This document shows positions 9,487-17,792 of a stretch of DNA of 64,000 nucleotides, in pieces. Under the pieces are notes generated by a model. That model did not search any database. It worked only from the letters and a program-made list of their open reading frames with translations, and had not been told where the DNA came from. The DNA comes from Minisyncoccota bacterium (GTDB lineage Bacteria > Patescibacteriota > Minisyncoccia > Phycocordibacterales > JAACPR01). Positions within the stretch are counted from its first letter, which is position 1. Every line of letters starts with the position of its first letter. The position numbers were made by a program, and so were the translations under genes. Where the stretch lies: NCBI GenBank assembly GCA_041674225.1, contig JBAYWG010000001.1:390273-454272 (forward strand), given 5' to 3'.

Positions 9487-9620
9487 GGAGAACTTCGGTT
9501 CTCCTCTCAACTGAGCTTGCAACAATTTGATAGTTGTAAGTTCACAGAGAGTAAAACGTTCAGACACTCGTTATAAAACAGTCTGTGCAAGTCAAAGCAG
9601 CAATTGACACCTAGTACATT
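9487..9620 (+). promoter_or_regulatory. Intercistronic structured RNA: TGAGCTT..GTTCAYAGAG hairpin motif + pseudoknot leader (copy B)
   Basis: Motif shared with 17705-17769 and 18340-18400; AACG/CGTT and CAGAC/GTCTG pseudoknot pairs. Confidence 0.6.
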
Positions 9621-10130
9621 ATGAAACCAATTATTGCCTTCTATGAAATGCTCTGCGATCTTATTGAGACCGGAGTGAAAGGAGCTGGTACCGGCAGCTA
9701 TCCTGCAAGGAAGATGGAAATTGATCTTATTAGCTTGTCTGGTAAGGCTCGTGCTTCCAAAAACCCTGTTAGCTGGGTTGGTGCTGACAATGCAAACATC
9801 CTTTCCATGATGTTGCGTTGTATCAACGACAACGAAAACTCAAGCGGCAGACAGTGGGAACTCAGTGTTGAAACTCTGATGATCTCTGCATTCGGAGATC
9901 TGTCCGCCGTTCGTGATACAGAAGCGCTTCAAACTTTCGGACGGTTGAGAAGGGTGTGCTTCATGGACAAGAAAGAACTCTTTCTCTGGAGTCGTAAGAA
10001 AACTGAGAGAGAAGACGGAAGTGCTGTCATTGTGCTGCACGTCAGTGATCTACGAGCTTTTCAGTCTCTGATTCACGTCAGTGGCTCGAAAGGAAACCTC
10101 GAAGATGGTTTGATGATCATCAAGCCTTAA
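9621..10130 (+). CDS. Hypothetical protein
   Basis: 169-aa ORF with the same AGTACATT-ATG context as 9095; terminator at about 10168-10197. Confidence 0.7.
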   Translation: MKPIIAFYEMLCDLIETGVKGAGTGSYPARKMEIDLISLSGKARASKNPVSWVGADNANILSMMLRCINDNENSSGRQWELSVETLMISAFGDLSAVRDTEALQTFGRLRRVCFMDKKELFLWSRKKTEREDGSAVIVLHVSDLRAFQSLIHVSGSKGNLEDGLMIIKP

Positions 10131-10253
10131 TTGGAAACGCTAAAGGAGAACAGCGTACAACTCCGGCTCTGCATACACTTGCAGAGTCTTTTTATTTTAA
10201 GATATTTAAATAAAAAATAGCCCCTTTTGCAAAGGGCTATTAAGTTTAACTTT

Positions 10254-11414
10254 TCAGTTAATCAACCAACTTAACGCCGGTTTCTTGTGGAATATTCTTT
10301 CTGCGATTACCGCATTAGTATATTCTTTGTCTTCGGTGACTTCTTGAATTATCTCTATCCAGTCTGGAATTTGCAATTCATGCTCCAGATTGGTTAGTTC
10401 TATTTCAAGCATCCCAATCTCAACACTCGGATCAGTACTTGTATTGGAGTTTTTGAAGACATCCAGTTCCAAATATTGATTTGCCCAAAGCATACAGTGT
10501 CGAGTTTTGTTTACCGGACATGTGTCTGGTTTAATCATTGAAGACATGAGCTCGAACTCACTTTCTCCGATGATTCTCTCAACTTCGAGTCTTTGGCCTG
10601 GGCCGTGATCGCGTTTTTCAGTCATGAAGTAGGTGTAGAAACCATCGTGACCGCGTTTGCGAATACGGATTTCCGCCTTATCACTTCCTGTTGTTAGATA
10701 AATCTGCTCGATGTCGATTGAGACAGCTTCCTTGGGAATGTTCATTGGATTGAACTTTACTAAGAATTTTCTTTCTCTTTCGACAGGAATCGGCACCCCA
10801 ATAACTGCACAAACTTCTTGATAAACTCGGTGGAGTTTTTCTTGAAAATCGGTACTGTTGTCGACGACTCTCATGTGAGGATGACCAACCCAGGCTTGCT
10901 GAGTTCTCTTATCAAGATCTCTCGCTTGTTGGGGAGTCTCGTGTCTCGCTGAATTGTTTGCCAGAGTGTAGAAATCCTCAGCACCTTCTGCGGCTGTGAC
11001 CATGTGAATGACTGCGTCATATCTCGCATGACTAGCACTCACTGGATTGAGTTCTCTTGTTTGCAGCAGAGACAAGTAGTCTTCTTTTTCCATGTATGCA
11101 CTCCCGTCGGGAATACCACGGTCGTAGATGACTACAATCTTTTGATCTGCTGGAAGATTTTTTGCAATCTCCAAAATGTTATTTTCGATGCTCAAACTTA
11201 TGTTGAGAATCGCATTTTGAAGCATGTCTCCCGAGATTGAATTTTTGCCTGGCATTACTCCAGCGTTGATACATAGGGTCGCCATCTCTGGGATGACAAA
11301 AACCACATGATTTTCAATCTCTTCAATTTTCTCTCTCAAGAAAGAGAGGCCACTAGACTTTCCTCCGCAAGGGCCACCGGTCAGGACTATTCGGTATATG
11401 TTTTTGGGTTGCAT
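10254..11414 (-). CDS. P-loop kinase/ATPase (AAA_28, NadR/TTD14-like) fused to CYTH domain
   Basis: VLTGGPCGGKS, YDRG, N..RHET; CYTH ERERKFLV, IRIRKRG, ELDVF, LEIEL. Confidence 0.85.
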   Translation of the reverse strand: MQPKNIYRIVLTGGPCGGKSSGLSFLREKIEEIENHVVFVIPEMATLCINAGVMPGKNSISGDMLQNAILNISLSIENNILEIAKNLPADQKIVVIYDRGIPDGSAYMEKEDYLSLLQTRELNPVSASHARYDAVIHMVTAAEGAEDFYTLANNSARHETPQQARDLDKRTQQAWVGHPHMRVVDNSTDFQEKLHRVYQEVCAVIGVPIPVERERKFLVKFNPMNIPKEAVSIDIEQIYLTTGSDKAEIRIRKRGHDGFYTYFMTEKRDHGPGQRLEVERIIGESEFELMSSMIKPDTCPVNKTRHCMLWANQYLELDVFKNSNTSTDPSVEIGMLEIELTNLEHELQIPDWIEIIQEVTEDKEYTNAVIAERIFHKKPALSWLIN

Positions 11415-11530
11415 AGATTGGTTTAGTTGGTTGTGAATGAACTGCTACTCTTCACTGATTATGTTTAAAAGGTTCGTTGTTTTCTAGTCTTTCTGCGTTG
11501 AGTCAAATTTTTTAGACTAAAATGTCTAAA

Positions 11531-12202
11531 CTATTCTTCATCAGTTGTATTTAAAAAATATTCTGCAAAAAAGTGATCTTTCTTGTTTTCTTTAACAAGT
11601 TTTAATATCTTTTTCGCTCCAGGTAAAATGTTTTTGCTATCTATTTCATCAAATGTTCCCCAGAAGCATTCTCCAACTGTATTCCCGTCTTCTAATTCTC
11701 CAGTCACTTCTGTTCCAGAGAAGACATGGCAAAGAAGGTGTGTAACTAATTCTGTTTCATCGTGCACAGCAATATAAACATCGCCCCTGTGTTTTAGTTT
11801 TGCAGATAATCCAGATTTTTCTTTCAGTTCTCTTTCTGCCGAATCTTTTATTCTTTCCTCGAGGTGAATTTTCCCATATGGAAAAGAAACAAAATTAATA
11901 AAGGGCGCTCTTTTTTGACGGTAGAGTAAATACTTTCCATCTTTTTCAATTACCATTGATGTAACAATTTTGGGTTGAGTTCTTTCTTCAAATGTATCAA
12001 AAGACATCCTGCTGATTAGGTGTTTTCCTGCAGATGTCAGACTGTATGTTTTATCTTTTGAAATAATCAAACCAAGTTTTGTTAGGGAGTTTAGGTGGTA
12101 CACAAAAACATTTCCCTCGACTTCTTTATCTTTTAGATCTGAGTAACGGATCTTTTTCTGTAGAGAAAGTTTTTTAAGGATGTCTTTTTGAATTTCGTGC
12201 AT
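11531..12202 (-). CDS. Winged-HTH + NUDIX domain protein
   Basis: N-terminal FVYHLNSL..LGLI wHTH; Nudix-like PYGKIHLEERIKDSAERELKEKSGL. Confidence 0.8.
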   Translation of the reverse strand: MHEIQKDILKKLSLQKKIRYSDLKDKEVEGNVFVYHLNSLTKLGLIISKDKTYSLTSAGKHLISRMSFDTFEERTQPKIVTSMVIEKDGKYLLYRQKRAPFINFVSFPYGKIHLEERIKDSAERELKEKSGLSAKLKHRGDVYIAVHDETELVTHLLCHVFSGTEVTGELEDGNTVGECFWGTFDEIDSKNILPGAKKILKLVKENKKDHFFAEYFLNTTDEE

Positions 12203-12357
12203 GGTGAAATATTAACATATAACAAATTAATTCTAAAAACTCACGATTTTGTATTATAAATAAAGATCATTTTGGCAAAGTTTGTGTGTAACAATTTAAT
12301 ACGGATTCTGTAATTAATTATTATTTTTGAGGGTTATTTGATACAATCTTGTTAATT

Positions 12358-13086
12358 ATGAAAAATAAAATACTTGAGCAGATTGGTTTATCAAAGAATG
12401 AGAGTGAGATTTATTTAGCACTTTTAGATTTAGGACCTTCAAGTATTTCAAAAATCTCTGAGAAAACCGCCATCCACCGACCACTTATTTATAAAGCACT
12501 ACCTGAACTTTTGGAGAAAAAATTGGTTAGCCAAACTCAGAAAGGGAAAAATGTGCTTTATGTGGCGGAACCACCAAATAGATTAGAATCAATTTTTGAT
12601 GAATTAAAATATCAATTCTTTGAACTTTTACCTGATCTAGAAGACTCATACTCAAGCAACAATAAAAAACCGAAAATTAGATTTTTGGAAGGGAAGGATG
12701 GAACTAAAAGAGTTTTTGATGATGTTGTGAGAAGTTTGAATAAAGGAGATACTTTTTATAGATACACTTCAAACAAAGATGGAAAAGAGAAAAAAGATCG
12801 ATATGTTCCGAGAATTTATTGGACTATGCGTGACGCTAAAAAATTGGAGAGGCAAGTGATCACAAACGAGAAGACTGCAAAAGCAAAAATAGAAAAAATT
12901 GATAGATTTGTGAAAGGAATGCCAGAAGATTTTGGACCTTTTGAACACAACATTACAGAAATTATTTATGGAGACAGAGTTTCTTTTATAGACTACAACT
13001 CAGACACCGCGATGATTATTGAAAGCAAACCGATTGCTGAGTTTCAAAAACATATCTTCAAGACATTTTATAAGAAGTTAAGTTAA
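12358..13086 (+). CDS. TrmB-family transcriptional regulator
   Basis: IGLSKNESEIYLALL HTH; PKIRFLEGKDG; paralog of 7715. Confidence 0.88.
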   Translation: MKNKILEQIGLSKNESEIYLALLDLGPSSISKISEKTAIHRPLIYKALPELLEKKLVSQTQKGKNVLYVAEPPNRLESIFDELKYQFFELLPDLEDSYSSNNKKPKIRFLEGKDGTKRVFDDVVRSLNKGDTFYRYTSNKDGKEKKDRYVPRIYWTMRDAKKLERQVITNEKTAKAKIEKIDRFVKGMPEDFGPFEHNITEIIYGDRVSFIDYNSDTAMIIESKPIAEFQKHIFKTFYKKLS

Positions 13087-14436
13087 TTACTCGTGCCACC
13101 TTCGTTCTGCTCGAATTGGTGCATCTGCAACTAGTTTTATGCGAAGGTCTGAAGGAAGAAAATCAAGGGTGAATGATCTTCCTTCGATTACAATCTTGCT
13201 TTCAGAAGTGTCTCGGATTTTTGATATTTCCCTAGCTGAAAATTCTATAACTTCTTTCTGATATTTTTTTGCGATGTCAGGGATTTTATTTTCAACCCTG
13301 CTTTCTCGGAGTGCTTGTCCGTAAACTTTTTTGATATCTAGATTCGTGTGAAAGAGTCTTAATTCTCCTGATGTGCTCTTGTAGTACATGTTTTTGAAGA
13401 TATTTTTTGTGAATTTTATTTTTGCTAGGTTTAGTAAAGTGAGGTATCTGAAAATGTCTCCCATTGAGAAGATTTTTGCGTTTAGTTTTTTTGCCAATTC
13501 TTTTGTGGTTGAGCTTTTTCCGACTCCACTTTTTCCTTCTAGAGAAATTATTTTGGTCTCCTTTTTTATGTCAGTCTCGATTATTTTGATAACATTTTTT
13601 ATTCCAATTACTTTTCCTGTATCTACTGTGATTGTTTTCTTAGGTTTTTGTATTCTCAATCCTTTGTTTGAAAGATTTTCTTTATTTACTTTATCTATCT
13701 GATCATCTCTGTGATCTCTTTCAATTATTGAATGTAGTATTTCACTTACCCCATGTGATTTTATTCTATGAGTTATTTTCTCTTTTCCTATTTCTGAGAC
13801 CACGCAATCTTTTATTATTGTATTCAGTTCAGCTGTTTTAAATTCCGAGAAGTATTTGTCACCAAAATCTCCGAGACCAGGAACTATATAACCTTTTTCG
13901 TCTAAACATTTATCTAGTTGTCCGATTATTATTTTAACTTTTGGATAAAGAGTTAAGATTTTATTTACTCCCTCTGGTGAGGCTAAGATGTTTGCTACGA
14001 CTATTTTTTCTTCTGCGACATTTTTCTTTAAACATCTTTCGATTGCGTCGATAATAGTGTTTCCAGTTGCTAACATGGGATCAACTATGATGACAAAGTT
14101 GTTTTTGTTTATTTTTCCCTCTTCAAAATCAACCTCTGTTTCTAGTGTTTCCTCGTTTCGCTTTGAGCTTAGGTGGTAATAATTTTTTATTTTAAATTTC
14201 TTTAGGCTCGGGATAAAAGCGAGTGCAGATCTCCAGGGAAGAATAACGACCGTGTTATTTTTTTCTATATGATTTAAAGATTCTTTAATTATTTTGTCTG
14301 TAATTATTTCAGAATTTTCTCTAAAGATTTTTCCTTTGGTTTGTTCATGAAAAGATTTGTTGGGATATCCGGCTCTTAAAATTTTAAATGCGGTGTTGAA
14401 TTTTTTATCTGGAGTTACTATTTTTATTTTCTTCAT
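13087..14436 (-). CDS. Uracil phosphoribosyltransferase fused to cytidylate-kinase-like domain
   Basis: IIVDPMLATGNT and GYIVPGLGDFGDKYF (UPRTase); EGKSGVGKS, MGDIFR, IEGR, IRAERR (CMK). Confidence 0.85.
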   Translation of the reverse strand: MKKIKIVTPDKKFNTAFKILRAGYPNKSFHEQTKGKIFRENSEIITDKIIKESLNHIEKNNTVVILPWRSALAFIPSLKKFKIKNYYHLSSKRNEETLETEVDFEEGKINKNNFVIIVDPMLATGNTIIDAIERCLKKNVAEEKIVVANILASPEGVNKILTLYPKVKIIIGQLDKCLDEKGYIVPGLGDFGDKYFSEFKTAELNTIIKDCVVSEIGKEKITHRIKSHGVSEILHSIIERDHRDDQIDKVNKENLSNKGLRIQKPKKTITVDTGKVIGIKNVIKIIETDIKKETKIISLEGKSGVGKSSTTKELAKKLNAKIFSMGDIFRYLTLLNLAKIKFTKNIFKNMYYKSTSGELRLFHTNLDIKKVYGQALRESRVENKIPDIAKKYQKEVIEFSAREISKIRDTSESKIVIEGRSFTLDFLPSDLRIKLVADAPIRAERRWHE

Positions 14437-14461
14437 TTAATTTTATTATAGTTTATTTTTT

Positions 14462-14510
14462 CCGTTTCGTCCTTTTGGACTCATCAGGCAAAGAACTTAC
14501 CTTGCGACAG
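14462..14510 (-). ncRNA. Type III hammerhead ribozyme (HHR-A)
   Basis: Minus strand: CUGUC / GCAAG-GUAAGUUC-UUUGC / CUGAUGA / GUCC-AAAA-GGAC / GAAA-CGG; cleavage after C at 14506. Confidence 0.9.
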
Positions 14511-14512
14511 TG

Positions 14513-14560
14513 GACGGATGGAACGTGCATCCGTCAATTTGTTTCAGTTTCAGGAAGTTT
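14513..14560 (-). repeat. Cassette 3' repeat (AACUUCCUGAAA..CAAAUU + GACGGAUG hairpin), copy 1
   Basis: Near-identical to 14991-15038. Confidence 0.85.
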
Positions 14561-14581
14561 TTTCTCCCTAGTGCGCCTCGA

Positions 14582-14893
14582 TTAGCCGTGGCCGATGACC
14601 GGGACGCGACCGATCTCCTCTCTCTCCTCTTGGGCTCGTTGCCTTTCGCGGGCTTCTTCGTGGCCGAAAGAGCGGAGATAACTTTCGTCATGCTCTCGCT
14701 GCTCTTGCTCGTAGGATGCCCGAAGCGGTGTTCGGATCAAGGATGAGAGTTCGTCTCTGACCTCTTTGGGCCATGATTTCCTGATCCGCAGGAGGTCGCC
14801 GATGAATCTCTCAGCGTCATTGATATCGAGGTGTCCTCGCATCATTCGGCAGAGGTCTTCGGAGGTGTTTGGGTGTTGTCTGTTGGTCGGCAT
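14582..14893 (-). CDS. Hypothetical protein (hammerhead-flanked cassette ORF2)
   Basis: Start MPTNRQ chosen because CCCCAAACGACCC-ATG matches the ORF1 leader; the upstream ATG at 14962 lies inside the ribozyme core. Confidence 0.65.
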   Translation of the reverse strand: MPTNRQHPNTSEDLCRMMRGHLDINDAERFIGDLLRIRKSWPKEVRDELSSLIRTPLRASYEQEQREHDESYLRSFGHEEARERQRAQEEREEIGRVPVIGHG

Positions 14894-14923
14894 GGGTCGT
14901 TTGGGGCGTGGAGTTGGTGGGGA

Positions 14924-14988
14924 CTGTTTCGTCTTGCTTCTACACTTGTAGAAGAGACTCATCAGGCGAGATACTTATCTCGCGACAG
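14924..14988 (-). ncRNA. Type III hammerhead ribozyme with extended stem II (HHR-B)
   Basis: CUGUC / GCGAGA-UAAGUA-UCUCGC / CUGAUGA / GUCU-CUUCUACA-AG-UGUAGAAG-CA-AGAC / GAAA-CAG; cleavage after C at 14984. Confidence 0.9.
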
Positions 14989-14990
14989 AA

Positions 14991-15038
14991 GACGGATGGA
15001 ACGTTCATCCGTCAATTTGGTTCAGTTTCAGGAAGTTT
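14991..15038 (-). repeat. Cassette 3' repeat, copy 2
   Basis: GACGGATGGAACGTTCATCCGTCAATTTGGTTCAGTTTCAGGAAGTT (plus strand), near-identical to the copy at 14513. Confidence 0.85.
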
Positions 15039-15333
15039 ATTCTTCCTCTGCGCCGGTGCGAATGTACCCTCTTCGCTCGAGTTCCTTCAGGCAGATATGC
15101 ATTTCCCTCGGACTACCTGCTTGAAACAGGACTCGCATTTGTTTGCGGGTTAGTCGGGCAGGGTTTGCTAGATTTGCTTCCGCTCTTTTCATTAGGCGAT
15201 TGAAGGCTTTCTCGCAAGCTGGCGGTGCGTGGCGGTCTTTGGCCTTTGGTGGTTCGGTTTGCTCGCGCATCTTGGCTTTTTGTGCGGAGATTATGCCGTT
15301 GTAGCGTGGTACGCAGGTGCAGGATGTGGTCAT
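15037..15333 (-). CDS. Hypothetical basic protein (cassette ORF1), possible C-terminal wHTH-like end
   Basis: 98 aa; CCCCAAACTACCC-ATG leader; ends LKELERRGYI. Confidence 0.65.
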   Translation of the reverse strand: MTTSCTCVPRYNGIISAQKAKMREQTEPPKAKDRHAPPACEKAFNRLMKRAEANLANPARLTRKQMRVLFQAGSPREMHICLKELERRGYIRTGAEEE

Positions 15334-15747
15334 GGGTAGTTTGGGGTTTGGGGTTAACAAAGAACAAATTTATTTTTTTGTAAATTGTAAGGTCTAATCC
15401 AACATATTTATAGTCTAGTCAAATTGAGTCAATTGTTTTTATCAGAAGTGGTATTTTTATGTGCAGGGGGTTCAGGCAATATTATAAGTAAAGTATTTGA
15501 AAATATTTTTTATTTATGGTCAATGTGTACAGAGATGGGAGCGAGGTGAATTTAGTGGCTTTAAATATAGCTATTATTTGATTTTTCAGTGTAATTTTTA
15601 GTTTCAAAAAAACTTTTTTATACAACTTTTTTAAAAAAGTAGCAAAAAAATATAAATTCTGTCTAAAATTTGAAACATTATAAAAATGTAAATATGGCTT
15701 AAAATATGATAAAAAATGATATCTAAAATTAGAAACGACAAAAACGC

Positions 15748-15776
15748 TTGACAAAAAATGAAAATGGGTATATACT
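15748..15776 (+). promoter_or_regulatory. Strong sigma70 promoter
   Basis: TTGACA-17 nt-TATACT with AT-rich upstream region. Confidence 0.85.
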
Positions 15777-15837
15777 ACTTTCAAACCTAAAACAAGCACA
15801 CAACATTCAACAACCAGCCAATAGAAAGGAGGAGGGC

Positions 15838-15888
15838 ATGATTTACCAAATCTACCCCGATGGGACCATTGTGGTCGTCCGCCGATAG
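15838..15888 (+). CDS. 16-aa leader peptide MIYQIYPDGTIVVVRR
   Basis: AGAAAGGAGG SD just upstream of ATG, about 55 nt after the predicted transcription start. Confidence 0.5.
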   Translation: MIYQIYPDGTIVVVRR

Positions 15889-16343
15889 GCCGGAATAGTG
15901 GGTTCGTTCAAACCGAATCTGCTCCCTTAAAATAAGATCTTCCACACGGTCTTATTTTAAGGTAGCGGAAGTTACCTAGTTCTTTAAAAGATAAAAGATA
16001 GCCTGCACCTTAATCAGAGTATTGCTAGTACTTTGATTAAGGCGCAGGACATTAACAGTTGTTTGGCGGCCTAAAAATAGGGAAACAAAGTTTCCCCTTT
16101 CGGCTGATCACCGATTGAACTACCCAGGAGGTTTGTGTCATGTTTGAACACGAGCAAGAAAGGTGGAGGAAGATGTTCACAATTTAAAGAACATCTGGAA
16201 GGTTGGTAACCGTAAACTGTTGTGGTGCATGTAAGGGTGCCACGATTGTCCTTTGGACAATCAAAAGTCAATGCCTAATCAATATTAGGTACACACGTCT
16301 ACACGAAGTGATGGAATGCTTAACCAGCTCCATGCACTTCGTC

Positions 16344-16392
16344 CTGTCGCGAGATGCATGTCTCGCCTGATGAGTCCAAAAGGACGAAACAG
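16344..16392 (+). ncRNA. Type III hammerhead ribozyme (HHR-C)
   Basis: CUGUC / GCGAGA-UGCAUG-UCUCGC / CUGAUGA / GUCC-AAAA-GGAC / GAAA-CAG; cleavage after C16348. Confidence 0.93.
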
Positions 16393-17252
16393 TTGCATTT
16401 TTAAAATATAAAATCTTTGTACTGCATTCCGTGTTCAATTCTTTTGGAAGATAAACACCACTCAATTTAATGTGGCCCCCAAAATTGGACACAGTGCTCG
16501 GTATAAAGATTTATACCAACAGTTCTTTAAATAAAAATAATCATTTTCTTGGAACTCCGCAGTCACAAAATTGAAACTAAAATTTGGTTTTAATTTTGTG
16601 GCTGTGGAGGGCCCGATAGACTCGCAAGAGTTGATAGGATAGTTGCCAAAAGACAATTACTATCCGGGTGTGTAAAAACATCTAAATCTCCATCTTGAAA
16701 CTAGTGTGCTCCGGGAGGGGTATCCAAACATTAGTGTAGAGAGCTGTAGAAGTCTGCAAACTTCGAAAGCAGTTAGAAGCGTTCAGGGCTGCAACCCAAA
16801 AACGTGGAAAGCCAAGTGTGCATCAGGCACGGCTCGCAAGGCTGTGTGCAGTGCACCCCTCTTTCTTGGCATGTCTTACAACTATATAAAGTTGCTAACG
16901 GCATAAAGAGGGAAATCAATCATCGTAGGGCTGTGCCACAATACCAGAGAATTGGGAAAACTCTGGGTGAAAAGTGGAAGAGGAACGCCACCTCAAATGG
17001 AAAAAGCCCCGGCCAGGGAAATATCCAAGAAGATGATTGAGGATAAAGGGTGCGCACACACCCTAAAACAATTCGGTGAGATTCCGAAATGTGTGGTCAA
17101 AAGACAGCTACCGTTAGCAGCGGTGGTCGGCTCGCAAGAGTATTGCTGTCATTGAGAGTATGTGAGCTTCGGCTTCTGACCTTTGTACTCTCTCCCAAAT
17201 TTTTCGGTTCGGAACTAGGTTCAACCGGGTTGTAAGTTATCCAAAAACTTTC

Positions 17253-17302
17253 TCTGTCTCGAAATGTAATTTCGACTGATGAGCTCAAAAGAGCGAAACA
17301 GA
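17253..17302 (+). ncRNA. Type III hammerhead ribozyme (HHR-D)
   Basis: UCUGUC / UCGAAA-UGUAA-UUUCGA / CUGAUGA / GCUC-AAAA-GAGC / GAAA-CAGA; cleavage after C17258. Confidence 0.93.
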
Positions 17303-17792
17303 TGATCTTTAAATAAAAATAAATTCTCTGCACCGAATTGCATTTAAGTTTTTTAAATTCAGTTCGGTGCAGGGAGTTGTTGCGACCCCATAGTACGTGA
17401 GTCAAAGAGGGATAAATGATACCCTCGCGAAAAGATCAGCTGCAACATGCTAAAAGAGCTTAGGAATTTATGCTCGATCGAAAAATTTCCAATCATATGA
17501 CCAAGGTCGAAAGACGCTGTTACATCTCCCAGAAGAGATGGTGCGACGAGGCAATCTAGAACGCCTTTTCAATCGCATTACCTAATGCCCTTCAACCGGC
17601 GGTTTATATTACTCGAGATTAGATCTCTTGCGGATATAGATTGGTTAACAAACGACAGGTTAGGTATCTCGTGTTGAATCGGGACATCATCGCAACAATT
17701 TTTCGCACTTTTTCAAAAAAAGTGCACTTCATTGAGCTTACGAAATTTGATATTCGCAAGTTCATAGAGTTTGTACTTTAAATAAAAATAAA

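Noticed and set aside
9550-9590. preQ1-I riboswitch assignment for the pseudoknot (UUC..AUAAAA)
   Set aside because: Sister copies lack the preQ1 loop consensus and downstream genes are not recognisably queuosine-related; kept as an unnamed motif
14894-14962. N-terminal extension of ORF 14582-14962
   Set aside because: Its ATG is the AUG of the hammerhead CUGAUGA core; the 14893 start matches the sister cassette leader
15890-15976. GGTAGCGGAAGTTACC resembling the 3' end of a c-di-GMP-I riboswitch
   Set aside because: The 5' GGCAAA..GAAA..GACGCAAAG half is missing
16545-17250. Group I/II intron or complete RNase P RNA
   Set aside because: No domain V, no P7 core, no interrupted host gene, and no GAGGAAAGUCC recognised by eye
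16071-17405. Short ORFs (60-102 aa) listed on both strands
   Set aside because: Mostly non-ATG starts, overlapping ribozyme cores and long stems, with no protein-like motifs
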